Origin: a virus
Lineage: Duplodnaviria > Caudoviricetes
DNA: 64,000 nucleotides
Virus record (IMG/VR): IMGVR_UViG_2772190672_000001
Location: 1-64,000 of that record
Direction: 5' to 3' (one strand)
Below are positions 48,977 to 57,658 of the stretch, one piece after another (the stretch's first letter is position 1; each line of letters begins with the position of its first letter). The position numbers were made by a program, and so were the translations under genes. The notes below the pieces were generated by a model. That model saw only the letters and a program-made list of their open reading frames with translations, was not told where the DNA came from and did not search any database.

Positions 48977-50430
48977 TTCTTCTTCGCCTTGCTGCGGCTT
49001 GCGCGCCATGCCTGCTCCTTGGTGATGAACGCGGTGAGGGTGGTGGGGATGTCGGTGGTGGACCAGTCGGCGCGGTACGACAGCTTGTAGCCGTCCGGGT
49101 GCTTGGCCCGCGATTCCAGCTGCATGAGCCCGCGCAGGCCCTTGGCCTCGGGGTGGCGGGTGTACTCGACGGTGACGAGGCCGTTCGATGCTGCCAGCAG
49201 GATCTCCGAGGCGCCGGTGAACACGAGCTTGGCGCTGTCGCGGCGCAGCGCGAGCATCGTCGCCAGGCGGGTCAGGCGGAGCTCGTAGTGGGGGGCGCCG
49301 AACGCGAACCGCATCAGCAGGTGCGTCGTGTACTTCGTGGCGCCGGGGTACGGGCGGGTCATCGTCTCCGCGCCGTAGCCGATGACGCCGGCGACGAAGC
49401 CGTCCACGATGACGAGCATGTTGTACGAGCCGGGCGCCGCGGCGAGCCGGTGCATCCACAGGTCGCGGTAGTAGTCCACCTCGGTGCCCTTGGCGGGGAC
49501 GACCTCGACGCGGGACTGGTCGGTGACCTGGTGGTCCGGGGGGATGATCGGTAGAGAGGTAGGCGCGGTGGACCGGGACATGCCCAGGGCGACCTTGGGC
49601 CCTCCGGTGAGCTTGAAGATCTCCTCCGGCCGGTTGCTGATGACGAAGGCGCGGGCGACGTCGCCGAGCGGGTGCGCGAACACCGGGGTCTCGTGGGCCG
49701 CGATGCCGGAGCGCTCCTCCTGCAGGAACATCAGCAGGGCGGCCTTGTCCCGCATGTGGTCGGCGAGCCGCTGCATGTCGACGTCGGGGTCGAACACCGA
49801 GTAGGGGGGCTCGTTCCACTCGACGCGGCCGCCGGTGTCGAAGAACTTCTCGAAGCCGGCCTTGTACGTCGGCGGGGCGGCGATGATGATCGCGTGCGGG
49901 TCGTCCTCGGCCTCGGCGATGTGGTCCCACATGCACTTCGGGGTGAACTTGACGCCGGGGAGACGGTCTGCGATCTGCTGGAGCGAGCCGACCAGGCGGG
50001 CCTTGTGCTCGTCTTCCCGCTCGATCATGTCGGTGACGAGGTTCGTCCAGTAGTCCACCTCGGGCTTGGCCTGCATGCGCGCGAGCCAGTGGACGTACAG
50101 GAGGTGCGCGGCCTGCTCCACGATCGGGGCGTCGGGCAGCTCGACCGGCTCGCCGTCCAGGGTCATGCCCAGCGACGTGAGGTCGCCGCCTGACACGCAG
50201 GTGCCGACGATGCCGGTGTAGAGGGTGACGTCGGACGTCTCCATGCACGACGGTGGGATGCCCGCGTTGGCGGCGACGAGCGCCGCGGCGAACGAGCCCA
50301 CGCCGACCTCGACGTAGCGGGTGTACTGGTCGCGGGGGAGCCTGTTGAAGACCTGCCGGTAGAAGGCGCGGTCTGGCGCTGAGGAGTTGCCGGCGAACAG
50401 CACTCCGGGTGCGGCGAATCCTGCGGGCAT
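48973..50430 (-). CDS. Putative DNA-modification protein: degenerate adenine-MTase fold plus C-terminal domain
   Basis: YVEVGVGSFA (motif I-like) and AAPPTY (motif IV-like); coupled to ParB-N ahead of terminase. Confidence 0.55.
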   Translation of the reverse strand: MPAGFAAPGVLFAGNSSAPDRAFYRQVFNRLPRDQYTRYVEVGVGSFAAALVAANAGIPPSCMETSDVTLYTGIVGTCVSGGDLTSLGMTLDGEPVELPDAPIVEQAAHLLYVHWLARMQAKPEVDYWTNLVTDMIEREDEHKARLVGSLQQIADRLPGVKFTPKCMWDHIAEAEDDPHAIIIAAPPTYKAGFEKFFDTGGRVEWNEPPYSVFDPDVDMQRLADHMRDKAALLMFLQEERSGIAAHETPVFAHPLGDVARAFVISNRPEEIFKLTGGPKVALGMSRSTAPTSLPIIPPDHQVTDQSRVEVVPAKGTEVDYYRDLWMHRLAAAPGSYNMLVIVDGFVAGVIGYGAETMTRPYPGATKYTTHLLMRFAFGAPHYELRLTRLATMLALRRDSAKLVFTGASEILLAASNGLVTVEYTRHPEAKGLRGLMQLESRAKHPDGYKLSYRADWSTTDIPTTLTAFITKEQAWRASRSKAKKK

Positions 50431-50459
50431 GCCTGTCCCTGGGGGAAGGTGGCGGATCG

Positions 50460-50493
50460 CTCGGCCCACAACCAGCAGCGTCGGGCAAGGGTA
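50460..50493 (-). promoter_or_regulatory. Late motif copy 9, at the head of the modification/packaging operon
   Basis: 21-mer 50460-50480; TACCCT 50488-50493. Confidence 0.7.
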
Positions 50494-51281
50494 GTCGCTG
50501 ACCTGCTAGGGGCTGGTGGCCATGGTTCGCGACAATGTTGCACCCGAGCTTCGCCGGAGTGCCCCAGTAGCCGTCGTTGTTTCGGCTGGTCCAGTCCGTG
50601 ATGGTTTCCGGGATGAGATCCGCGATGCTGTTCGCAGTCTTCGGTGCAGCAGTTGGATGCAAACTACGCACCCGACCAACTGTCTCGTGTCTCCAAGAAT
50701 TGCGGTAGTCTCGGAAGCACTTCCTGATTACGTCTTCTGAATGCGTAATCCGTGAAACGACCAAGGCCCCGCCCTCCCGTAGGTTGCGACCCTACGGATC
50801 GCGAGGACGAGGCCCTGGCTTGGTGGTGTGAGCCCTGGCCGAGCTGAGTGCTCAGCTGGGGCTCACGCGTTTCACGTACGGTGCTCGATGAGCCACGCGA
50901 CCACGAGGAAGACCTCGCAGCTCGCGCTCACACGCTCCGAGGAGACGTGCGCACGTACGTGTTTCTCCCACCGATCTTTCAGCCACCGAAACAGCTTCAA
51001 GATCGGCTCCCTTCGGCGAAGCCGGGTTTACCCCGGCACCACAAGGGACGCGGTCGCGCCCCCACGTGTCGGGTGCGGTCCGTCATCCCCCTGAAGGAGT
51101 AAGCAGCAATGTACAGCGCGGCCTGGACGAATCCCCAATCTTCGGTGCTCATCCGGAAGTTGCGGCAACAGCCGTTCCATAATCGGATCAAAATCGATCA
51201 GAATTGGCTACATATCGAAAGCTCTAGTCTCGGTTGCCGGCTTCCATCGATCCAGGCCGGCTCGTTACCGGGCATGCGAAC

Positions 51282-51314
51282 GCCCCCTGCCCCGGAAGCG
51301 GGGTCACAGGGGGC
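51282..51314 (-). terminator. Hairpin immediately downstream of the tRNA
   Basis: GCCCCCTG...CAGGGGGC arms with inner CCCCG/CGGGG. Confidence 0.55.
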
Positions 51315-51322
51315 GAACCATA

Positions 51323-51399
51323 TGGACCGCGAGGGAGGACTCGAACCTCCAACCTTCACCTTCGAGAGGTGATGCTCCATCCAATCGAGCTGCTCGCGG
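51323..51399 (-). tRNA. Atypical tRNA-Arg(UCG) with encoded CCA
   Basis: CCGCGAG/CTCGCGG acceptor; GCTC/GAGC D-stem; TCACC-TCTCGAA-GGTGA anticodon arm; GGAGG-TTCGAGT-CCTCC T-arm; ends TCCA. Confidence 0.8.
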
Positions 51400-51531
51400 A
51401 CAGTGGGGGGATGGTAGCAGTTCAACCGGTCTGCCGGGTATGCCCTCTTGGCGGCCTCTGGGCGGCGGTGTGACCGAGGGCCGGGGGAAGGTGATGCTCC
51501 CCCGACCCTCGGTCGGTGCGGTGCCCCGCGG

Positions 51532-52044
51532 TCAGAACAGGGTCTGTGGTGGCGTGGCCGTCGGCTTCGGGGCCGTCGGCCGGCGCGTTCCGCCCGGGTT
51601 GGGGAGTTCGAGGACCTCCCAGCCGTAGCGCTGCTGGAACCACTCGGCCGCCCACTGCCGATGGCAGGCTTCCCCGGCGTTGACGTTCTCGAAGCACATC
51701 AGGACGCCGGGCAGGTTCGGGTACGACTGGGCGACCTCGTCCAGCGCGGCCAGGATTTCGGCCTCGTGGCGTACGAGCCGCTGCCGGTACACCCGGCGCT
51801 CGATGGGGATGTTGTCGATGCCCTTGAGGGGCGGTTTCATCAGCTCCCACGGGGCTAGGGCCTTGATCTGGATGAAGTTGTAGCGGACGAAGCGGGGCCG
51901 TCCCACGGTGATCCCGATAGGGATTCCGGCGTCTTCCTGCCAGTTCTGGTAACGGCTGGTCACCAGCTCCAGCGGCTGGGCGACTTGGATGCGTTCCACG
52001 TCCGGTTCGGGCCCGTCGAGGCCGAGGCTCTTGAGGTCGATCAC
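51532..52044 (-). CDS. DUF488-like protein
   Basis: TS.Y, LAP, LMCFE.....CHR...AEW motifs. Confidence 0.6.
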   Translation of the reverse strand: MIDLKSLGLDGPEPDVERIQVAQPLELVTSRYQNWQEDAGIPIGITVGRPRFVRYNFIQIKALAPWELMKPPLKGIDNIPIERRVYRQRLVRHEAEILAALDEVAQSYPNLPGVLMCFENVNAGEACHRQWAAEWFQQRYGWEVLELPNPGGTRRPTAPKPTATPPQTLF

Positions 52045-52084
52045 TGGTCTTGCCTTTCTGTGGTGGTGTGTCCTGCTTTCATTC

Positions 52085-52132
52085 TTGACCAACCGGCCGG
52101 GTTTACCCTCGTGTCCCGACTGGCTTGGCCCA
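52085..52132. repeat. Early dyad repeat copy h (degenerate)
   Basis: TTGACC..GGG..CTC..TCCCG..TTGGCC with GGTGGTGTGTC flank. Confidence 0.55.
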
Positions 52133-52169
52133 GGGGCCCCGACTGGTGCGGGGCCCTTGCGCCACTACG

Positions 52170-53333
52170 TCAGGAGGCGCTGGTCTTGGGGGTGTTGGTG
52201 GCCTCCGCCTCGGGGGCGACCCGGAGCGCTCCCGCCAGGACGGTGGCCGCGGTGGCGGCCTTGGCCAGGTTCTGGGCGGCCTTCGTGGCGACCTGCCGCA
52301 GGTGGTCGATCCGCATCTTGTTGCCGGGGATGCCACCGTGCGCCCCGGAGAGGAGGAGCGCCAGCGTGTCGGGATCCAGGTCGGCGATCTCCTGGAGGAT
52401 CTTGCCCGCGTCCTCCAGCCTGCCGATCTTGCCGACGAGCTTCTTGCGGTCGGCCACGATCTGCTCGCGCTTGTCGACGTCCACGGCCAGCTCGGGGAAC
52501 ATGCTGTCGTCGACCTTGTCGGCGCCGGGGGCGTCCTCGGCCAGGACGAACATGACGCTCTGGCTGGCCGCTTCCTGCTCCTCGTTGCGGACCCTCGTGC
52601 AGAACATCTCGGCCTCGCGGGGGCTGTTGAACTGGCCGCGGGTCCAGCGGGCGATGAACGCGTTCTGGTTGGCCGGGCTGATCTGCGAGGCGTACCAGGC
52701 CAGGCCGACCGGCAGGTGGCCCTTGAGCAGCGCCTCCTGCACGGCGGGCACGAGCTTGAGGAGGGAGAGTCGCAGGTCCACGTAGTTCCAGCTCTTGCCG
52801 ACCCGCTTGGCGACCGCTTCGGGGGTCAGCCCGAAGTCCATCAGCTTCTTGAAGGCCCGCGCCTCCTCCAGCGGGGTCATGTTCTCGCGGCTGAGGTTCT
52901 CCGCCACCGACCGCTCGAAGCCCTCCAGCGTCTCCGAGCCGCCCTCCAGGCCGTGGGTCACCATCGCCGGGATGTCGGCCTTGCCTGCGATCTGGGAGGC
53001 CCTCCACCGGCGCTCGCCCGCGATCAGCATGTACCGCTTGGTGCCCCGGATGTAGCGGAGGCTGACCGCCTGCTGGACGCCGATCTCCTTGATGCTGGCG
53101 GCCAGCTCCTCCAGCTTCTCCTGGTCGAAGACTTCGCGAGGCTGGTTCGGGTCGCGGTCGATCCGGTCGAGCGGGACCGTCTTGAACGCCGTCTTGACCG
53201 CGGCCGGCGCCGCCGGGGCCGGGGCCGCCGCCTTCTTGGTCGGGGCCTTGCGGGTGGTCGGCTTCTTCGCCGCGTCCTTATTGGCGGGGGCCTTCGCGGT
53301 GGCCTTCTTGATGGTGGCGGTGGTGGCGGTCAT
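52170..53333 (-). CDS. parB: ParB/RepB/Spo0J family protein
   Basis: QPR..FD...L.ELA.SI...GV.Q, IAGERRWRA, ENL.RE.M.PLEEA, HTH; Lys/Ala-rich N-tail. Confidence 0.9.
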   Translation of the reverse strand: MTATTATIKKATAKAPANKDAAKKPTTRKAPTKKAAAPAPAAPAAVKTAFKTVPLDRIDRDPNQPREVFDQEKLEELAASIKEIGVQQAVSLRYIRGTKRYMLIAGERRWRASQIAGKADIPAMVTHGLEGGSETLEGFERSVAENLSRENMTPLEEARAFKKLMDFGLTPEAVAKRVGKSWNYVDLRLSLLKLVPAVQEALLKGHLPVGLAWYASQISPANQNAFIARWTRGQFNSPREAEMFCTRVRNEEQEAASQSVMFVLAEDAPGADKVDDSMFPELAVDVDKREQIVADRKKLVGKIGRLEDAGKILQEIADLDPDTLALLLSGAHGGIPGNKMRIDHLRQVATKAAQNLAKAATAATVLAGALRVAPEAEATNTPKTSAS

Positions 53334-53380
53334 GGCGCCCTCCGTGGTGAGTGGATGGGTGGTGTGTCGCGCAGTCATCA

Positions 53381-53455
53381 TTGACCAAAGCTCTCGGGGT
53401 AACCTCGGTGTGCCAATGGATTTGGCCGTACAGTTGGCAAGCGTGCCCAGGTCAG
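53381..53455. repeat. Early dyad repeat copy g
   Basis: TTGACCAAA..CGGGGTAAC-CTC..; ends CAGGTCAG. Confidence 0.65.
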
Positions 53456-53501
53456 AGCCCTGCCGGAGGCCCACGCCGAGAGGGCGCGGGCCGGGTGTTC
53501 G

Positions 53502-53816
53502 CTAGATGAAGGGGGCCAGCGCCAGGGCCCCGCGGGTGATGACGTCGTCGCCGCCACCCCGGAGGAGGGCGCGGGTGGCAGCCATCAGGTCGCGGCGGGC
53601 CTGCTCGCGGTGCTGGATGACCCTCTGGCGGAGCGTCTCACCGGAGGCGATCAGCTTCTCGTGGTCCAGCTCGCCCTTGCGGACGCTCCGGCGGATCTCG
53701 ATCGCCCATTCCACCTGCTCGGTGCGGAGCAGTCGCTTCACGAGGTCGAGTGCGTCACCCGCGTCGCCCGCGCCGGCGATCAGCTCGATTTCCTCGGTGA
53801 GGGCCGTGATGTCCAT
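53502..53816 (-). CDS. Hypothetical helical protein
   Basis: ATG 53816 with GGGAG RBS after repeat f. Confidence 0.6.
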   Translation of the reverse strand: MDITALTEEIELIAGAGDAGDALDLVKRLLRTEQVEWAIEIRRSVRKGELDHEKLIASGETLRQRVIQHREQARRDLMAATRALLRGGGDDVITRGALALAPFI

Positions 53817-53860
53817 CGCTCGCTCCCTGGGGGGGTTGGTGGTATGTCGTGCATTCATCC

Positions 53861-53936
53861 TTCCGCCAGCCCACCTGGCCAACCTCGTTGTCCCGGTGGA
53901 TTTGGTCAAAGGATCGTCAGGAAACCCGCAGGTCAG
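53861..53936. repeat. Early dyad repeat copy f
   Basis: CAAC-CTC-GTTG core; TTTGGTCAAAGGATCGTCAGGAAA..CAGGTCAG. Confidence 0.7.
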
Positions 53937-54261
53937 CCGGTGGGCGACGGTTGACGTGCACGTGGAGGGTGCCGGGCTCCAGGACGGGTGACGGGTCCCC
54001 GTCGGCCCGCACCAGCTCGGGCCGCAGCTGCTCCAGCCAGGGCCACAGGATGCCGGGGGCGAACGTGACCGCCAGGTGGGTGGCGCCGCCGAGCCGGGCC
54101 GACAGGTCCGCGGCGGTCGTCCTGCGGCGGGGCTCGCGGCGGGGCCTCGCCGTCTGCTGGCGGCCCAGCTCGCCGACCGGCGCGGGCACGAACCGGGGGG
54201 CCAGCGGGGAGACGGGCGCGGCACCGAAGAGGGCGATCTGTCCGGCCGGGGTCTCAGGCAT
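53917..54261 (-). CDS. Hypothetical protein
   Basis: Overlaps upstream stop; begins MPETPAGQIALF. Confidence 0.4.
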   Translation of the reverse strand: MPETPAGQIALFGAAPVSPLAPRFVPAPVGELGRQQTARPRREPRRRTTAADLSARLGGATHLAVTFAPGILWPWLEQLRPELVRADGDPSPVLEPGTLHVHVNRRPPADLRVS

Positions 54262-54985
54262 CGGCGGGCTCCAGCGTGGCGAACAGCTCGGCCTGTACCG
54301 GCTCGGGCGCCGCCGCTGCGGCGGGCCGGGCATGGACCAGGTGCTCGGCGACCGTCCAGTCCACCCACTCCCATCCCGGGAGCAGTGGGCGGCCGTCCCG
54401 GGCGGGGCCGCACAGCGTCGTCATCCCGGCCGCGCGGGCGGCCTGGCGGGCAGCGGTTCCTTCGAGGATGAGGTGATCGGCCAGCACCTGGTGCACGGTG
54501 CCGTCGCAGTGCAGCCAGACCTCGCACTTCGGGGTGCCGAGGGCGGTCACCATGGCGAAGCGGTGGATGTCGCCCCAGCCGGGGTGTAGGCCACCTGGTT
54601 TCACCCAGACCCACGTGCCGGGTGCGATGTCGCCGGGTCCGGCCGGTGTGTACTGGTAGGGCGGCTCCTGCCGACGGCGCCGACTGGGCTTGGGCGGGTA
54701 GAAGTGGCTCGGCGGGTAGCTGGCGGGGCGGGCTGCGCTCAGTTCGGCGGCTTGGGCCATGACAACGTCGGCGGCGGTGTAGCAGCTGGGGCCGACGTGC
54801 CAGTTCCGGGGGCCGCGTTTCTCCCACCAGGTGGGGGCGCCGCACTGGCAGCGGCCTTCGGTGAGGTGCTCGGCGGCGGTCGCGCAGGGCCAGGCGGTGC
54901 CACAGGACCGGCAAGTGGGCCCGTCGTCCAGGCCGCGGGGAAGGTGGGCGTCGGGGAGGCGGATGATGAGCGGCTTCCAGTCCAT
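54254..54985 (-). CDS. Hypothetical Zn-binding protein
   Basis: C..C...WPC and CQCG..H...C motifs; GAAAGG RBS. Confidence 0.6.
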   Translation of the reverse strand: MDWKPLIIRLPDAHLPRGLDDGPTCRSCGTAWPCATAAEHLTEGRCQCGAPTWWEKRGPRNWHVGPSCYTAADVVMAQAAELSAARPASYPPSHFYPPKPSRRRRQEPPYQYTPAGPGDIAPGTWVWVKPGGLHPGWGDIHRFAMVTALGTPKCEVWLHCDGTVHQVLADHLILEGTAARQAARAAGMTTLCGPARDGRPLLPGWEWVDWTVAEHLVHARPAAAAAPEPVQAELFATLEPADA

Positions 54986-55067
54986 CGGTGCGCCCTTTCT
55001 TGGGTGTCGGGTGGAGGATGAGAGCGGGCCGGGGAGCGCTGCCTGCTCCCCGGCCCGCCGGCGGCTG

Positions 55068-56294
55068 CTACTTGGCCAGGACGTGGACGTTGCTGCTGGC
55101 CGTCTTGGGGCCGGTGCAGATGTACTCGCCCCACTCGTCGTGCAGCCGGTTGCCGGTGCCGTCCCAGATCAGCGGCTTCTCGCACTGGGCGCACGGGCCG
55201 GCGTCCTCCCCCGGCGTCCCGTGCGGCCGGGCCTCGTCTGCGGGGGTGGTGGTGTCGGCGTGCATCTCCTCGAGGAAGTCGACCGCTGCCGCGAGGTTGT
55301 TCGCGCCGACCACGGTGACGTCCTCGTTCTGGCTGGCCTCGTCGAAGTCGTCGGCGGCCACGATGAACTTCCGGTATCCGGCGGTCTGGGCGGTGCGGAT
55401 GAGGGCGGTGACGTCCTCCACGTAGCGGACCCGGCCGTCGAGCCCCAGCTCGCCGATCAGGACCACCCCGTTCAGTGCGGCCGGGTCGAAGGCGCCCGCG
55501 GCGGCGAGTGCGGTGCAGGCGAACGCCAGGTCGGAGGCGGAGCCGAAGCGCAGCGCCGGCCACTCGGCTGCGATGTCCATCGCGCCGGGCTCCCATCCCA
55601 GGTCGCTGTTGACGATGGCCGCGCGGATGCGATCGCGGGTCTCGCGGGCCTGGTCGCGGGTTTCGCGGACGAAGGGGGAGGCCGGGTTGTCGGTGATCTG
55701 GATGGCCGCGGTGGCGCCCCGGTGGTACTCGGCGCGGATCGAGGCCATGCCCCTGGGGGTGGGGAACGAGGTGGCCGCGGTGCGCCTGCCGGTGACGTCG
55801 ACCGTGGGCAGGGTCACCGACCGGTACGGCTCGCCTTCGGCTGCGACCTCCCAGCCGGCCGCGAGGAGGCCGCCGAAGGGGAACGCCTCCGCGAGCAGGT
55901 GGTCGATGTCGTCGGCGTAGCTGTCGGTGAGGGGGCTGGTCGAGAGGTACCTGTCGTCGGTGTGGAAGAGGGTCTTGCCGTTGCCGTCGCGGACCTCGTG
56001 CAGCTCGCATGCTTCGGTGTCTGCGGTGATCGTGGTCGCGTCGGGCAGGGCCTCGCGGATGAGGCGGGCGACGTATTCGAGGGTCCTGCGGTGGAGGACG
56101 GTGCGGGCGCGCGCGGCGTTGTCCAGCGCGTTGTTGGCGGCGTGGGAGAGGGCGGCGGTCGTGGAGTCGGTCCGGGTGGTGTGGGCCGAGTGGTCGGTGG
56201 CCAGGACCGGTGGACGGGCGGGGATGCCGGTGATCGACTCGCTCGGCGTGTAGCTCGGCGGCTGGCGGTCGGTCATGCGGGGCTCGTAGCTCAT
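55068..56294 (-). CDS. ComM/YifB N-terminal (Lon-like) domain fusion without AAA+ domain
   Basis: ETRDRIRAAIVNS, GS..DL..A...LAA, LIGELGLDGRVR; C-terminal CxxC. Confidence 0.75.
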   Translation of the reverse strand: MSYEPRMTDRQPPSYTPSESITGIPARPPVLATDHSAHTTRTDSTTAALSHAANNALDNAARARTVLHRRTLEYVARLIREALPDATTITADTEACELHEVRDGNGKTLFHTDDRYLSTSPLTDSYADDIDHLLAEAFPFGGLLAAGWEVAAEGEPYRSVTLPTVDVTGRRTAATSFPTPRGMASIRAEYHRGATAAIQITDNPASPFVRETRDQARETRDRIRAAIVNSDLGWEPGAMDIAAEWPALRFGSASDLAFACTALAAAGAFDPAALNGVVLIGELGLDGRVRYVEDVTALIRTAQTAGYRKFIVAADDFDEASQNEDVTVVGANNLAAAVDFLEEMHADTTTPADEARPHGTPGEDAGPCAQCEKPLIWDGTGNRLHDEWGEYICTGPKTASSNVHVLAK

Positions 56295-56327
56295 GGTCGA
56301 TTCCCTCGGTGGGTTGTGGAGTGCCGG

Positions 56328-56416
56328 GGTGGCGGCTCCGGGGCGGGCGGCGCGCACCGGGCCGAGGCCCGTCGCGCTGCCCGCTCCGGGGGCGGCCGGC
56401 TGGCCGCCCGGCCGGG
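56328..56416. repeat. GC-rich intergenic repeat B, copy 1
   Basis: GGTGGCGG.TCCGGGGCGGGCGGCGCGCACCGGGC..GGCCCGTCGCGC, near-identical to 57571-57658. Confidence 0.7.
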
Positions 56417-56635
56417 TCAGAAGCCGAACTCGCAGTACTCGCAGAACGCCGTCCGCACCTCCCCCTTGTTGTTGGTGAGCGCCACCAGCTCCGACCTGCA
56501 GTCCTCGCACTCGCCGAGGCCCGTTGCCGGGATGGGGGTGGTGACCGGCTTTGCGGGGGTGAGGACGGGCGCGGGGCTGGCGTTGACCGTCGCGGTGACC
56601 GAGCCGGTGCTGTTGCTGATGAGGAGGATCGCCAT
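56417..56635 (-). CDS. Small Zn-ribbon protein
   Basis: CEDC...CEYC; GGAG RBS. Confidence 0.6.
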   Translation of the reverse strand: MAILLISNSTGSVTATVNASPAPVLTPAKPVTTPIPATGLGECEDCRSELVALTNNKGEVRTAFCEYCEFGF

Positions 56636-56678
56636 CGTGTGCTCCCTGGAGGTGAGGTGGTGTGTCGCACTTCATTCA

Positions 56679-56753
56679 TTGACCAAACCTCCCGGTTTAC
56701 TCTCCCTGCACCGGTGGGTTTGGTCAAAGAAGCGGCAGGAAAGCCGCTGGTCA
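56679..56753. repeat. Early dyad repeat copy e
   Basis: Perfect outer arms TTGACCAAACC/GGTTTGGTCAA; GAAAGCCGCTGGTCA tail. Confidence 0.75.
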
Positions 56754-57551
56754 GGCCCGGCCCGCCAGCTCCGCCAGGGCCCGGAGGGCGGTAACCGCCG
56801 CAGCGAGGTCTCGGACGGCGATCACGTTGAGATCGAGGCCGAGGGCGCGGACGTCGTGAGCCTGACGGGCGGGGACGAGGACGGTGCGGTGGCCGTTGAT
56901 GTGCGCGGTGCGGGCCGCGTCGGTGACGCCGGGGAGACCGTTGATCGCCCCGTCGAAGCCGCGCAGCTCGCCGAGGAGCACGACCTGGCCGAGCACGCGG
57001 GAGTCGAGCTGGCCGCTGGCGGCGAGGACGGTGCAGGCTGTCGCGAGGTCGAGCGTGCTGGTCACGTTATGGTGGTCGTTGATCCGGACCGTCACCGCGC
57101 CGTCGGGGAAGGTGAAGCCGCTGCTGACGATCGCGCCGTGGATCCGCCCTTCCGGCGCGGTGTCGAAGGTGTGCCATCCGGTGATCCGGAAGCTGTCCGG
57201 GCCGGGCCAGACCGTGGCCTCGACCAGCACCATCCCGGTGCTGGCGGCGCCGTTGGTGTGGGCGGAGGTGGCGGCCAGGTTGCTGAGGTTGCTGGTCGGG
57301 GCGAGCGCGTAGTCGGGGTTGCCGGATGCCCGCCGCAGGCCGTCGATGAAGCTGTCGAGGGCCTCGGCCCCTGTGGCGCCCTGGATGATGTCCACCTGGC
57401 CGAGGGCGTCGCCCGCTTCGACGTCCAGCTCCTCGACCGCCCTGCGCCTGCGAATGAGGTCGGCCGGCGCGGGGGCGATGTCCCACAGGGTGTAGCTGGC
57501 GGCGTCCCTGCGGCCGACGATGATGAACTCGGGGGTGCGGGTGGTGATCAT
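56751..57551 (-). CDS. Second ComM/YifB N-terminal domain fusion without AAA+ domain
   Basis: RI.GAIVSSGFTFP, LDLA.AC.VLAA, LLGEL..DG....PGV. Confidence 0.7.
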   Translation of the reverse strand: MITTRTPEFIIVGRRDAASYTLWDIAPAPADLIRRRRAVEELDVEAGDALGQVDIIQGATGAEALDSFIDGLRRASGNPDYALAPTSNLSNLAATSAHTNGAASTGMVLVEATVWPGPDSFRITGWHTFDTAPEGRIHGAIVSSGFTFPDGAVTVRINDHHNVTSTLDLATACTVLAASGQLDSRVLGQVVLLGELRGFDGAINGLPGVTDAARTAHINGHRTVLVPARQAHDVRALGLDLNVIAVRDLAAAVTALRALAELAGRA

Positions 57552-57570
57552 GGCTTTCTCCCTGGGGTGA

Positions 57571-57658
57571 GGTGGCGGTTCCGGGGCGGGCGGCGCGCAC
57601 CGGGCTCGGGGCCCGTCGCGCCGCCTGCGCCGGAGGCAGCCGCCCGGCCGCCCGGCCG
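57571..57658. repeat. GC-rich intergenic repeat B, copy 2
   Basis: Near-identical to 56328-56416. Confidence 0.7.

Noticed and set aside
48146-50764. 872-aa ORF and other long N-terminal extensions in the ORF track
   Set aside because: The extensions overlap neighbouring genes in another frame; true starts were chosen by RBS and stop-start coupling
51323-51399. tRNA as the att site or prophage boundary
   Set aside because: No duplicated 3' fragment or integrase seen, and element-like genes continue on both sides
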